Program-made: the position numbers and the translations under genes
Assembly: GCA_964016885.1 (NCBI GenBank)
Contig: OZ024743.1
Location: forward strand, 45,942,001-46,006,000
From: Eledone cirrhosa
Taxonomy: Eukaryota
Reading direction: 5' to 3'
DNA: 64,000 nucleotides
Shown: positions 1 through 14,311 of the stretch, piece by piece
Layout of the letters: each line of letters starts with the position of its first letter
Numbering within the stretch: position 1 is the first letter of the stretch
Notes under the pieces: generated by a model
The model's database searches: none
The model's input: the letters and a program-made list of their open reading frames with translations, nothing else
Told to the model about the DNA's origin: nothing

Positions 1-1686
<1,686 letters not shown>

Positions 1687-1813
1687 AAAGTTCTATTTAA
1701 ATTGTTGGGATACAACAAGAAAATATTTTTATAACTGATATAAAGCACTCAACAAATATTTGGAGTAAAAATACGATATTAACAAATGGAAACTATATTT
1801 ATAAAACCATATT

Positions 1814-1878
1814 TATTTCATTATACATATTTCAAGGACACCAAGTTAAATTATGGTGTGCTTTCATCAGATAAAATA
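1814..1878 (-). ncRNA. Minimal type I hammerhead ribozyme (mirror copy)
   Basis: Reverse complement of 2024-2088 in the other palindrome arm. Confidence 0.85.
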
Positions 1879-2023
1879 TAATATAGATCAGTTTTATAAA
1901 TAAATATTGACATACCCTTAAAAAATGCAACCATTACTGTTGGAAGCTCCGGGAGCTTCCAACAGTAATGGTTGCATTTTTTAAGGGTATGTCAATATTT
2001 ATTTATAAAACTGATCTATATTA

Positions 2024-2088
2024 TATTTTATCTGATGAAAGCACACCATAATTTAACTTGGTGTCCTTGAAATATGTATAATGAAATA
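2024..2088 (+). ncRNA. Minimal type I hammerhead ribozyme
   Basis: TATTTTAT-CTGATGA-AAGCACACC..GGTGTCCTT-GAAA-TATGTA-TA^ATGAAATA. Confidence 0.85.
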
Positions 2089-2127
2089 AATATGGTTTTA
2101 TAAATATAGTTTCCATTTGTTAATATC

Positions 2128-2199
<72 letters not shown>

Positions 2200-3000
2200 T
2201 TATACATAAATATATATATATATATTATATATATATATATATACATATATTCCTATACATTTGTATGTATACTTAATCTCCATTGACTTGCAATATGCTT
2301 GTCTGACTTGATTGCTTATTTTTATATCTTTTTACATTTGATTTATAGTGAACACATAAAGTTAATATTAAATGAGCTTGCAGCAATATTAGATACATTT
2401 CAAAACTTATAAAGTGAGCAGAATAAGTTGGACTAACTTCTTTTATGAATTACGAATTTTCTCATTTGGAAACGTCAGTCTTCATTACACAACTCGCATA
2501 AATTTATTTACTTAAATCATAATACAATATTATATAGAAAGAGACTTTGAATTACAATTATTTTATAAGTGTAGATGGTGTGTTTGATTCTTCAATCAAT
2601 AAAACAAGATATTTTTCTTTATATTTTCATGAGAACGCAAACATCGAATTTAACTTCGTGCAATTATTTTATAAAGTGACCGTTAATATATTAATATATG
2701 ATTTTATCACTTCTTCATATGATGTTGGAAAAGGGAACATCGTTGGCAGATTAAATGTTGCAGTGGCAGAGAAGAGAAAGTTTTACAGTGATGTATTGCA
2801 TTTAATTGGTTTAGTGAATGCCTACAAAGTTCCTCGGGGAGGGAAACCAATGATCAGTCACTCATTTATGCAGTCATTATGAAAGGAATCTTTTTCCTGT
2901 CTTCCATATTAATCATCTTTGAAAAACTAACTCACACTATTTGATTAGATTTTTTTCTGAGAAAATGAATACTTTAATTACAGAAAACTTGTTCTTTCAG

Positions 3001-3113
3001 AGTGTACCGCCAAATAAATTCCTGGCCCTGGTTTTCCTTCACAGAGACGAACATGCTCAAGTTGCCCACGGTGGGCCACCTTTTGTTATATGGCATAGAT
3101 TATTTATTTCTAT
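3001..3113 (+). CDS. Tyrosinase-like gene, CuA exon
   Basis: ttctttcag acceptor and gtaagt donor. Translates SVPPNKFLALVFLHRDEHAQVAHGGPPFVIWHRLFIS(M), the H..HGG.F..WHR CuA motif. Ends in phase 2 (AT), completed by the G at 11223. Confidence 0.9.
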
Positions 3114-4711
3114 GTAAGTTCCTTTTCATTCCCTACTTGATGTTTGTAATTTATTGAAATGAACATTTTACATTCTTCAGAGATGGGGACGTTGTCTTGA
3201 TAGGGGACAGGGTGGATATTTTCACATGAAATTAATTTTCGCTCTTAAGACTTTTCTCAGAATTAAGATAAAACTAATTTAACCCTTTCGTCACTATATT
3301 TCTAATGAAAACCACCGCTTATGATTTATCAAATCATATTGAAAATAATCAAGAACTATGCGGGATTTTGTAATATAATTAATATTTGAAACATCCCAAA
3401 TGATGATTTAGACGGTTTCGAGTGGTTTGATACCAAAAGGGTTAAATATCTGAAGAAAATGAAATGTAATAAAAAGAAATTAGAAGAAAAGGTTGAAATA
3501 TTATTATCGCTCTGTCTATTTATTTCTTTTTCATTTGATATGCTGGGTGGAAATTATATCTGAACAGATATTGTAGAAATTGTATAAAAGTAGAGTCTAC
3601 TGAAATCCTATGAGGAAACCATTACATTTTTTTTGTAAAAGTGTTTTCTAATAACCTCAGGGAAATTGAAAGTTCTTTTCAGAACTAAAATATACTTTAG
3701 ACTTTAGCAATTGCGAAATACTTACAATTAGCACGAATTAGCATTGCTCCAATGTCTGCAATTGTATAAAAAAGTGAATGAAAGAGTTTCTAAGTGGTTG
3801 GTGAGCTTGCTAATAATAATCGTAAAATTCCTTCAAACCGCATCGTACTGCCAAAAGAGTAAGGATGCATTGAACAATGAAGTCCCAGATGTACAAAAAG
3901 CCGGAATTATGATGGATGAAATGCCTTTTATCAGATATCTACTCCATCAGAAAAGATGAGGCGCTAAACAATATAAAACATCTACGGCTGTCATTTGAAA
4001 TCGAATAATATACACCATGATTTTACTAAGAGTTTTAGGCACCAATGCAGTTGTGAGCAGACATAGATACCCTCTCGGTCTTCTCTCCTATGATTCAGTA
4101 GAACATCCAGGTTCGTAGGAGAGAATATCGAGAAGAGACGAACGGCATTTTCTTTATCTACCCTGAATTGTTGAAAGTCAAAGTAGACCTTAGCAGGATT
4201 GCCACTCGAAACACAGCTGAAACAACGACGCTGCTAAATCAACCGCAACGATCCCGGTTACAATACCGACGATTTATAATGGCCACAGTTTTAGTCGGTG
4301 TAAAGGACTTCCATCGATTTCGACGATGAGTGTTCCGGTCGTTCGATCAACGGAAAAGTCTGCTTATGAAGTTAACATGCAAGTGGCTGAGCATTCCACA
4401 GGCACGTGTACCCTTAACGAAATGTTCAGAGAAATCCAGAGTGACACAATGTGACAAGGCTGACCCTTTGAATCATTGGCACAATTCATCCGACTCCAGT
4501 TTCACTCACAAGTTATGGATCGACCTGGGGATTATATTAAATTACACTTACCCAAGATTCCACACCGTGGGATCGAACTCGAGTCTAAATGTTGCGAAGC
4601 AAAGCTCTTAATAATTCAGCCATGATTCGTTCATAATTTAGTCGATAAAAGAATACGTTCGTTTAATAAGAACGCAATATGCTTACACATTGTTTCAGAA
4701 CTTAAATCTGT

Positions 4712-4855
4712 CCCTACTCACCTTCTCTGTCCCACTCACCTTCATTGTACCTCCTCACCTTCCCTGTACCTACTCACCTGTACCCACTCGCCTTCCCTGT
4801 ACCTACTCACCTGTACCTACTCACCTTCCCTGTACCCACTCACCTCCCCTGTACT
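4712..4855 (+). repeat. Minisatellite of ctcacct(tccc)tgtacc variants
   Basis: Seen directly. Confidence 0.8.
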
Positions 4856-5266
4856 CTCTGCTAGGATTAGCGACCAGCAGATAGTATCACCAATAGAAAT
4901 TGTTTCCTTGTTCCGATCTGATGATCGGCTCCTTCCTTTCTTCTTTTTTCTCTCTGTTCATACTTCTATCTCTTTGATATGTTGTGCTACAGATCTTTTC
5001 AGACTCTGCTCCAAACTATAAAATACACACATGTCAGTTTATCATTCGATTTCCCTCATTGTTTTTTTATGAGTCTATCTTCTCTCTCTTCTCGAATATC
5101 AGCTGCCTGTAAAAGTTATTTATTTCTTAAGCTAAATAACCAAACTCGACTAAGTGCAAAACTATGTTCTGTACTTAACTATTCTATCTAACAATGTTAA
5201 TAACATAATGTTGTCTGTGAAGATTACGATCAAGTAGGTAGCATAAAATAGCCATTTGCTTCATTT

Positions 5267-5510
5267 ATCCATTGACAAGTTTGTTACCTTTTACTGAATG
5301 CAGGCATGGCTGTGAAGTTAAAAAGTTTGCTTCGCGATAGAGAGATCTCGAGTTCGATCCATTGACAAGTTTGTTACCCTTTACTGAATGCAAGCATGGC
5401 CGAGAAGTTAAAAAGTTTGCTTCGCAATAGAGAGGTCCTGAGTTCGAGCCATTGAGTGGCATTTTAGGTAAGTGTCATTACTAAAGTCCCGAGTCGACTC
5501 AGGCTATGTG
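5267..5510 (+). repeat. 90-bp tandem duplication of the head of a second tRNA-SINE family
   Basis: atccattgacaagtttgttacc..gcatggc..gagttcga occurs at 5267 and 5357. Confidence 0.7.
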
Positions 5511-6099
5511 AGTTATGCGTTGTAGACGCAAACAGCATGGAAGTCAGTTGGATGGATTGTACCTATAATTCAAAGATCCACTCCTATTCTATTTTCTGTC
5601 ACGTTTGCTTACAGAAATATAAATGTTCCATTCTTCGGCAGCTTACATCGTATTAGTTTGTACATCATAAATCCAAGCACAGAGATTAGAATATATCAAA
5701 GCTCTTAGGTGCGTTTAGCGAAGTCTGTTTTGTTACGAGTATACAGACCAAGTTTCACTTCTAGGATTTCTATCTCCACCCCAACCCGACCCCTCAGTCT
5801 CCGACATCCTCACAACACTGTAATATATTTCCTGCGTGTTCTCACTCAACTATATGCTAAAAATAAGAAAAGGGACAATTGGAATTTTTTTAAATGTTTA
5901 TGAGAGAAAATATGAGAAATAAAATATTTAGTTCTGTCACACATCGCTCCCTCAATGATACGGGTCCAGGCGGTGTAGGTGAGAGTTCTCTGGCGTATAG
6001 GAGCCCGCGCACTGGTCGCCTTGTTGTCCCAACCGATAGAATATCGAAGGAGACTTTCAACGGTGAGCATTTTAATATTTAACATTACCTAAATATTTA

Positions 6100-6310
6100 G
6101 GGCTGTGTATTGGCAGTAACGGTAGAGCGTCGATCAACATGCTTTGCAGCATATAGCTACGGCCCTTTATGTTCTGAGTTTAGCTTTGCCTTTCATCCTT
6201 ACGGGCTCGATAAGATAAAGTACCAGTAGCACACTGGAGTCAATTTAATCGGCTCCCCACCACAAAAAAAATATTGCTGGCCTCGTACCTAAATCAGAAA
6301 CCATTCTTAT
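6100..6310 (+). mobile_element. SINE, same family
   Basis: Homologous to 6449-6689. Confidence 0.75.
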
Positions 6311-6448
6311 ATTGATGTTTTAAATTTAATACAAATCCTTGGAATTTTAATCTTGATTGAAATCAATTCTAAATTATGCGAGATAAGCATTTTTAAAAAG
6401 AGAATTTATTTATACAGGGATCTTAAAGTGTTTCAAGCTTACATTATT

Positions 6449-6689
6449 GGGTAGATTGGCAGTATCGGTAGAGGGTCGGATACTATGCTTTGACGCATAG
6501 AGTTACAGCCCTTGCCATTCTGAGTTCAAATCCCGCCGAGGTTAACTTTGCCTTTCATCCTTACAGGGTCGATAAATAAAGCACCAGTAATGCACTGGGG
6601 TCGATTTAATCGACTTTCCCCTCCCCTTCAAATTGCTGGCCTTGTACCTACCTAAAGTAGAAACAGTTATTATTATTATTATTATTATT
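6449..6689 (+). mobile_element. tRNA-derived SINE with (TTA)n tail
   Basis: A-box-like TTGGCAGTATCGG, B-box GAGTTCAAATCC, and body gttaactttgcctttcatcc..gataaataaagcaccag. Confidence 0.85.
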
Positions 6690-9600
6690 GTTCTTTGAGT
6701 CTCAGTCATTGATGTTAGTTAACTGGAAAGTTTGTTGAAATGAATATCAAGCCACTATCTCAGATATTCAGGACGTATCGGAGGGTTCTTGCTGTTCCCA
6801 GCAAGCATGCCTTTTGAAGCGTTCCAAAAAGCGTGGCGGGGCCAATTTTCTTTAACCATCCCAGGAAACTTTTTGAGATAGTACCTAGTGCGCCTATGAC
6901 AATCGGGACCACTTTGACTTCATGGCAGTTCCAAATCCTTTTTACCTCCCACTTTAAGTCCTGGTATCGGTTAATTTTCTCCCTCTCTTGCACTCTCGTG
7001 TCGAATGGGCAGGCTACATCCACAATCAGGCACGATCTTTTTTCCTTGTCCACAACCACCAGGTCAGGTCTATTGTGTTCCAGTTTCTTGTCCGTCTGTA
7101 TCCTAAAATCCCACAGAACCTTCACCTGATCGTTTTCTATCACCGACTCTGGCTTATGCTCATACCACTTCTCAGAATGTGGTAAATTCTTTACTTTGCA
7201 TAGGTGCCAGTGGATCACCCTGCCCATCACATCATGTCTCCAGCCCTTATAGGGAGTCTAGGCTAGGTGTTTACACTCGGATACAATGTGAGCCACAGTC
7301 TCCGCTCTCTCTCTCTCCACAGATCCTGCACAGTGGGCTAGCCTCCTCCTTGTAAATATGGTGTTTCAACCACTTCGTTTTGAGGGCCTGCTCTTGCGCA
7401 GCCATTAGCATTCCTTCTGTAGCCTTTTTAAGGTCTCCTCTTTTCAACCAGTTCCATGTCTGTGGATCTCTGAATTCAGTTTTCTCAAAGAAGGTACTAT
7501 GAAGGGATTTTTCATGGAGGTTGCTCTTTCTCCTTGTTATTTCCTCCTTGGACATCCCCTGGTCTATTGTCCTCTCCTTCAGTACAATTATGAGCATTGG
7601 CTCCTTACTATCAGTCACGTATTTGTGTAGGTTGTTTTTCTCCATCTGAACACAGTCCTCTATGCTGATAAGACCTCTTCCACCTTCAGATCTCCTTAAG
7701 TAGAGTCTATCAACATCACTCCTCTTGTGGAACATGTTGTAGATAGTCAATAGCTTCCTAGTCTTCCTATCCATTTCTTTTTGTTCAGCAACATTCCATC
7801 TCAGAATTCCCGCACTGTACCTAATAATAGACACAGCTCGGGAATTTACTGCACTTATGGCATTCCTACTGTTCAGATGTGAGTTTAATACGCTCCTTAC
7901 TCTCCGAATGTATTCAGATCTTATCAATTCCTTCATTTTTTTTGTTCTTGATGTCATCAGCCTCCAGAACACCCAAATACTTGTATCCTTCTTCAGTGTC
8001 AATTTCCTTTATCATCTCACCTGTTGGTACCTGGATTCCGTTGCTTCTGCTCATCACAAGGACTCCACACTTACTAATACCAAACTGCATACATATATCA
8101 CTGCTGAAAATACGGACAGTGTCAACAAGCACATCCAACTCCTTCTCACTCTTCCCGAAGAGCTTAAGATCGTCCATGAAGAGGAGGTGATTGATGGTAA
8201 GCTCTCCCTTTCCCAACTTGTATCCTGCTGTCACTTTTCGCAGTATAATGGTCAGGGTCATCAGGGCAAGGACAAACAACAGAGGGGACAGATTATCTCC
8301 CTGGAAGATACCTCTCTTGATCTTCGCGCCTCCCAAGGATTCTCCAGCTGATGTTAACTCTGTTTTCCAGGACTTCATACTTTTGCTCAACAACTGTCTG
8401 ATGTTATCTGCCACCTTGAAGATCTCTAGGCTTTTGGTAATCCAAGAATGAGGCACCATGTCAAATGCCTTTTTGTAGTCTATCCATCCCATGGCCAGAC
8501 CAGTGTGTTTCCTCTTGCAATTCCTCATTACCATCTTATCAATAAGTAACTGGTCCTTTGTACCACGGGACTTCTTTCGGCATCCTTTCTGTTCGTCCGG
8601 TAACAAGTTGTTTGTGTGGACGTGATGGTAGATTTCCTAAAGACACAATGCTTGTCAACAGTTTCCACATTACGGACAGACATGTGATAGGTCTATAGTT
8701 GGTAACATCATTACCCTTGATTCGGTCTTTCATTACCAGAACTGTGGTATCTTTTGTCAACCACTCTGGTACCTCACCTGACATCAAGCAGTCATTGAAC
8801 ATGGTTGTCAGTTTCGGGTGGAGGGATGTTACATTTTTAATGCAATACCCCTGCACACCATCTGGGCCTGGTTATTTCCAGTTGGTTAGTTCGTTGGCCT
8901 GCCCCTTAAGAGTTTCAACTGTGATACTCAAATCAGTTTGTTGGTGTGCCTGTTCACTAATCTCCTTTTGTACTGTCTCAATCCACACTGCCTGGCCATT
9001 ATGTTTAACATCCTTCTCCCATATTCCTCTCCAGAATGTCTTAGTTTGTTCCGCCTCAGGGATCGAGTCGTTGCCTCTTTCTTTCTCTTCAAGCTGTCCA
9101 AACAACATCTTCTGGTTGTTGTCAAACATGCGGTTCTGTCTATACTGACTGACTCTGTTCTCGTTACGCCTAATTTTTGCACTCTTTGCTACAATGCGCT
9201 GCTTCAGTTGCTCTATGATAATATTTAGCCATTTCCTCCTAGTTTTGTACTTTATTTTCAGTCTATTTTTAGTATCTATGTTTTTTAGTGTCCCATTCAG
9301 TAGGGAATCAAGCTTTCCAATGTCATTTCTCATTTCCCTGATTTGACCATTCAGTCGTTTCTTCCACCAAGGTTCTGATCTTTCTTGTTTGTTGTTTCCT
9401 CTCGCTTTTATGCCAAGTAATTTCCTCATTGCATTTGCTGTTGCTTTGAGGATATTGTTGCACTGATGAAGGCTCCTCGCCTCAAACTATGGGATGACTT
9501 TGTTTACCTTAGCTGTTGTTTCTTTTAACTTTTTCCTGTCTACAAATCTTAGGTTCATAGGTTTCCCACTATCATTGTTCATTTCATCTACCACTAAGTT

Positions 9601-10270
9601 TAGGATATCAACCAAATCTTGTCCTAGCCCGTCAGCATTTATCTCCTCAATGGCGGTATCTTTGTTCCAGGTATTATTTATTTCATCATTCAGATCATTG
9701 TCTGCTTCGGATGGTCCCTCCGTTCTCCCAACCGCTTCACCTTCATTTCCCACTGGCTCGTTTTCCTGGCATACTCCACTCTCCATTTCCAACCTAATCT
9801 CTCTGCTCAGTTCCTCCAGTTCCAGCTCGCGTATCCACCCATTAGTTCTTATTACCCGAGCCTGCCCGGCCAATTTTTGTTCATCTAATTTAAATAGACC
9901 AATCTCGTTCCAGATGTTATGCATCCGTTTCCTATAGCCTTTTTCCTTGGGGTTACTCTTCAGCTAACATTGCATAACAGTTCTATTCAATTATTTCGTC
10001 CAGTTGGTTCTGGTCCCTTTCCTTCTTCTTCCTCCAACACTAGCAGTATTTGGATGACAGCCAGGTCCCTGCTGCTGAGCCAGGGAGCACCTGCTGGGTG
10101 AGAGTCTGTCACATGACATTCCAGTCTCCACTTCACCGTTATTCGAACTGTTTAGGTTCGACATTGAAACATTCTTATCGAAGATTGGTGGATGTATGGT
10201 TACATAACCACCGGTGATTTCATCACCCCCGGTGATTTTAGCGTGGCACTATCACGCTGTAGACGAACAT
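6690..10270 (-). mobile_element. R4/Dong-clade non-LTR retrotransposon, near full length, frameshifted
   Basis: Collinear ORF fragments from a putative ATG at 10164 to 6760: N-terminal KGYRKRMHNIW, RT ([34 protein letters not shown]), zinc knuckle CRIC, RLE RPDLVVVD..IVDVACP. The 3' end abuts (TAA)n. The 5' boundary is approximate. Confidence 0.9.
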
Positions 10271-10961
10271 AAATAAACTAACAAACAAATAGGTAAAAGC
10301 CCCAAAAAATAAGCATAAGTTTCATTGTAATGTAATGTTTGAATGTCTGACTTAGTTGTTTGGCTTGTCTATCTGTCTGTTTATTTTTCTTTTCTTTTTT
10401 CTTTTCTTTACGTTTTTCGTTGCTGCTGTACTGTTTTGATTTTGATTTTTGATTTTTTGATTTTTTGACCGGGTCATCAAATCAGTCTATTTATATCTTT
10501 TGATGCCTTCCTCATTTAGTGGGAATACTATGATGCCTGTCTTAGCAGGAGGTAGTGGGAGAGAATAGCGGCGGTAGCGATAATGAGGCAGTGGTGGTGG
10601 TGATGTGATCGTAGCACTGTAGTGATGATGTTGAAGTTGAAGTAGAAATAGAAGTTGAGGTAACTTGACTAGAGTTTTTGGCGTGGTAGTGGTGTTGGTG
10701 GCGGTGGTGGTGTTGGTGGTGAAATTATTTGCCTGTCTGTCCACTTAGCCATTTTTCTCTTTTTCGACTATAACATTTCTGATCCAAAATTAAATATTAA
10801 ATATTGGGGTCCTATGCCGTAATGTAAGGGAAGAAAACGCACATGGTGGAGATATATCGTTATGGAATCGCTCCCGTAAGTTTTTGATTTTTACTTATTT
10901 AAAACAACTGAGAGAATAATTCTTATTACAAATGAAATATAAGATTACAGTATTATTATTA

Positions 10962-11003
<42 letters not shown>

Positions 11004-11004
<1 letters not shown>

Positions 11005-11202
11005 GGCGGTGGATTAGCAGAAACGATAGAGCGTCAGACACCAAGCTTTGCAGTATAGAGTTCTGGCCCTTTACGTTTACAGCATAGAGTTATGGCCTTT
11101 CAAAACCCGAGGTTAGCTTTGGGGTCGATAAAATAAAACACCAGTAATGCACTGGTGTCGATTTAATCGACTTTCCTTGTGCCTATAGTAGAAATCATTA
11201 TT
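11004..11202 (+). mobile_element. SINE, same family, internally deleted
   Basis: ggcggtggattagcagaa head and caccagtaatgcactgg body. Confidence 0.75.
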
Positions 11203-11222
11203 ACGTGTTCTCTATAATTTAG

Positions 11223-11368
11223 GTTTGAGGAAGCGTTACGACAGATCAACAGTAACATTACTATTCCTTACTGGGATATGACAATGGATAAACGACTTCC
11301 GGATGCTGCTTCATCCAATATTTGGAGTGAGGATTTCATTGGAAATGGCTTTGGTAGAATTACAAAAG
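11223..11368 (+). CDS. Tyrosinase-like gene, internal exon (PYWD)
   Basis: tttag acceptor and gtaag donor. Translates FEEALRQINSNITIPYWDMTMDKRLPDAASSNIWSEDFIGNGFGRITK(G), with the tyrosinase PYWD and F.G.G motifs. Phases 2/1 match both neighbouring exons. Confidence 0.92.
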
Positions 11369-12347
11369 GTAAGCAATAAAAAGTTAGATATCATCATGTG
11401 TGTGTCAGAAGTTTTACTAACTGGATTTTAAAAAATTAACCGTATGCAGTCCCGCACTCCTTACTATATTATAGTTTAGATTACTTCCCGAGAAACTTAC
11501 AACGTTTCGCAGAGATATCACTGTTTTTCTGATAACGTGAGACGAAATTTTAACTCGGAACGTACAGTACCGGATCAGATACCGTAAAGCTCTCCGTCTG
11601 ACCTTTTAACAGTTCACCAATCCAACGCCACTAACATGGTACTTTATTTGTTGATCCCTTAAGGAAGAAAGGCAAAGTTGACCTCGGAAAGATTAAAGCT
11701 CAGAAAGCCAGAATAAATATCGATGTTCTTACGTTCCCGAAAACTAATTGTGTAAATCAAGAGTGAATGGATTGGTCTCATAATTTCCATTTCGATCTAC
11801 TCGGATAACTAATATATATACAAAATAATGTTGAAATTGTGAATTCAATAATGTGTAGATTTATATGTGGATATTTATTTATATTTATACATATTTGTAT
11901 AAAGCCCACACGTAGGCGAGAAATTGGCAGAATCGTTAGAACGTCGGGTAGAATGCTTTAAGTTATTCGTTCCGGTTCCTTGCTCATTGAGTTCAAATCC
12001 TACGAAGATCAATTTTCGGTCTCTTCTTTTCTCTTACGTCCACTTATTCCTGAGGGGGTTGTTGGGGTATAGACCTCAGAAACGCCTTCCAGTGTGTCCT
12101 ATCGGAAGCAACCGTCACCAATTAAACTGGATGTATCCTAAAACGAGACAAACTAAGATTATGGATGTTATCCAACTATCTTGATCGTAGTCAACCTCTG
12201 GGTCTCCAGAAGGCTGGATTTGCTCGTAAAATCAGTCCTGCTATTTTTCCTTAGACAACCTTACCATATAACCGCAGTAATCCTCTCAATAAATGAAATA
12301 CTAGTTCAGTACCGAGGTCAAGTCTTTCTCTCCCTCTCTCTCTCTCT

Positions 12348-12410
<63 letters not shown>

Positions 12411-12518
12411 CAAAGGGATATTTAATTTGATAGGTTTTCTGGAGTATAATATCCAGGTAAAACTTGAACCGTTAAGGTCTCATTCCTGGATATGTCAATA
12501 TTTATAAAACAAACTTTG

Positions 12519-12579
12519 TATTTTATCTAATGAGAGCGTACCAAAGTTTTGGTACCCTTGAAATATATATAATAGAATA
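12519..12579 (+). ncRNA. Hammerhead, same family as 2024, core mutated (G5A)
   Basis: TATTTTAT-CTAATGA-GAGCGTACC..GGTACCCTT-GAAA-TATATA-TA^ATAGAATA. Confidence 0.75.
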
Positions 12580-12619
12580 AATATGGTTTTATAAATATAG
12601 TTTCCATTTATTAATATCA

Positions 12620-12690
<71 letters not shown>

Positions 12691-12809
12691 ATATATATAT
12701 AACGAAGGAAATTTGGTAAGGAACCAGATGGACCATAACGCACCAGAGTACTCAATACTTAGGGTAGTAGAAACGGCTTGAGCTCTGCCGTCGGGGTCTT
12801 GAACATTTT

Positions 12810-12911
<102 letters not shown>

Positions 12912-13134
12912 CATATATCGCTTTCTCTCTCTTTCTCTCTCTCTCATACACCTTCTATTTCTCTCTTTCTGTCTCTATTTCTCTCGACAAAAACGGTTAT
13001 GTTCAAACTGGGAGAGGGGTAAGCTCCTTATAACTACAATTCAATGAGAAATTCAAGACCCTTGGATGGATGAATTTTATATGTTTACATTTATGTAGAA
13101 CGCACATTCAGCTATATTGCCTTATATCCTTAAA

Positions 13135-13170
13135 TCTTTTGACAATGGGATATTTCCCGAAATATAAAGG
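13135..13170 (+). ncRNA. Putative degenerate hammerhead with U3-A8 core
   Basis: TCTT-TTGACAA-T-GGGA-TATT-TCCC-GAAA-TATA-AAGG. Confidence 0.5.
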
Positions 13171-13295
13171 ACAGATCAAATATTTCCATAGCTACTCAAT
13201 ATCTCCTCTCTCATCTAAGATTTTAGCAATTTAACCAAAGAAAGAGAGAATATTTTATGTGTGCGTATGCATGTATGCATATATCTATATATATT

Positions 13296-13327
<32 letters not shown>

Positions 13328-13345
13328 TTATATATATATATATAT

Positions 13346-13467
13346 AGTTTTAATATAGATGAGATTCTACAGTCCTGTAGAATCTCATCTATATTAAAAC
13401 TGTTATACTCTGCTATGTATTGAGTACCTTACTTACTGTGGTTACCTCCGATTCAACCCGGAATAAC

Positions 13468-13468
<1 letters not shown>
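13346..13468 (+). mobile_element. Short fold-back pLTR remnant in (TA)n
   Basis: 27-bp arms at 13346-13372 / 13375-13401, then a tail shared with 20628-20692 and 23660-23732. Confidence 0.75.
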
Positions 13469-13516
<48 letters not shown>

Positions 13517-13533
13517 TATAAATATATGTGTGA

Positions 13534-13570
<37 letters not shown>

Positions 13571-13587
13571 TATAAATATATGTGTGA

Positions 13588-13618
<31 letters not shown>

Positions 13619-13642
13619 AATATATGTGTGTATGTATACATA

Positions 13643-13689
<47 letters not shown>

Positions 13690-13692
<3 letters not shown>

Positions 13693-13904
13693 TAAATGAA
13701 TTTTTTTTTAATGAAAAAAACGAGATGTCCTACACGAGTGAAAGTATAAGGAAAAAAGATGAAATCGAAAATGCAACTGGAGTCAACCACAAACATTCCA
13801 TCTCAATTCTAATTTTGAAAAGCATAAGAACTGTGAAACCAATAAAGGAAAGAAAGAAATATTCTTATAAAGACTCGAGTTGCATTTTACATTTCATCTT
13901 TTTT

Positions 13905-13907
<3 letters not shown>
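13690..13907. mobile_element. Fold-back pLTR remnant, related to 18130-18582
   Basis: The minus arm (to ~13782) and the plus arm share gactc(c/g)agttgcatttt..tttcatct. Degenerate TTGAAAA..GAAAC hammerhead near 13810-13850. Confidence 0.7.
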
Positions 13908-13961
<54 letters not shown>

Positions 13962-13966
<5 letters not shown>

Positions 13967-14170
13967 AACAAGTAGGACCCGACGGCTGAGCTCAAGCCGT
14001 TTCGACGGCTAATTCTCGACTAAAAACAAAAAAAAAAAAAATTAGTCTTCGAAACGGCTTGAGCTCAGCCGTCAGGGTCCTACTTGTTCCTATTACCCAC
14101 TCTACTACCCTAAATATTGAGTACTTTGGTGCGTTATGGTCCATCTGGTTCCTTACCACATTTCTTTCGT
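13962..14170. mobile_element. Fold-back pLTR remnant with hammerhead 3' halves
   Basis: Inverted arms carry GAAA-CGGC-TTGAGCTCA-GCCG-TC. The tail matches the inverted sequence at 12700-12768. Confidence 0.75.
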
Positions 14171-14187
14171 TATATATATATATATAT

Positions 14188-14244
14188 ATGAGATTCCTGA
14201 TGATTTCTCAAGAATGAAGCAGTTCTAGTCCTGTAGAATCTCAT
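14188..14244 (+). ncRNA. Hammerhead, GAAA mutated to GAAG
   Basis: ATGAGATTC-CTGATGA-TTTCTCAAGAAT-GAAG-CAG-ttctagtc-CTG-TA^GAATCTCAT. Confidence 0.7.
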
Positions 14245-14311
14245 CTATATATTTTTCTTTCTACTTTTAAAATGCTTACAATGACAATATATATTTTATC
14301 ACAATATATAG

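Larger units (their letters stand above)
1685..2131. mobile_element. Palindromic Penelope-type pLTR element (180-bp arms 1771-1950 / 1952-2131) in (TA)n
   Basis: Palindrome centred at 1951 (tggaagctcc-g-ggagcttcca). Unpaired tail at 1685-1770. TA tracts on both sides. Confidence 0.85.

Noticed and set aside
2547-2882. Possible first tyrosinase exon
   Set aside because: Only vague resemblance (EKRKFY..V..L); no convincing start, signal peptide or donor site.
4910-4935. CTGATGA in a hairpin; also CTGACGA motifs at 26944 and 63868-63880 (minus)
   Set aside because: No stem II plus GAAA arrangement.
6449-6540. tRNA genes at A/B-box sequences
   Set aside because: No cloverleaf; they are SINE heads followed by a shared body and tail.
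6833-10101. Plus-strand ORFs overlapping the LINE
   Set aside because: Antisense shadows of the retrotransposon ORF.
14272-14311. ATG start of the 334-aa ORF
   Set aside because: Intronic; the exon starts at 14312 after a phase-compatible acceptor.
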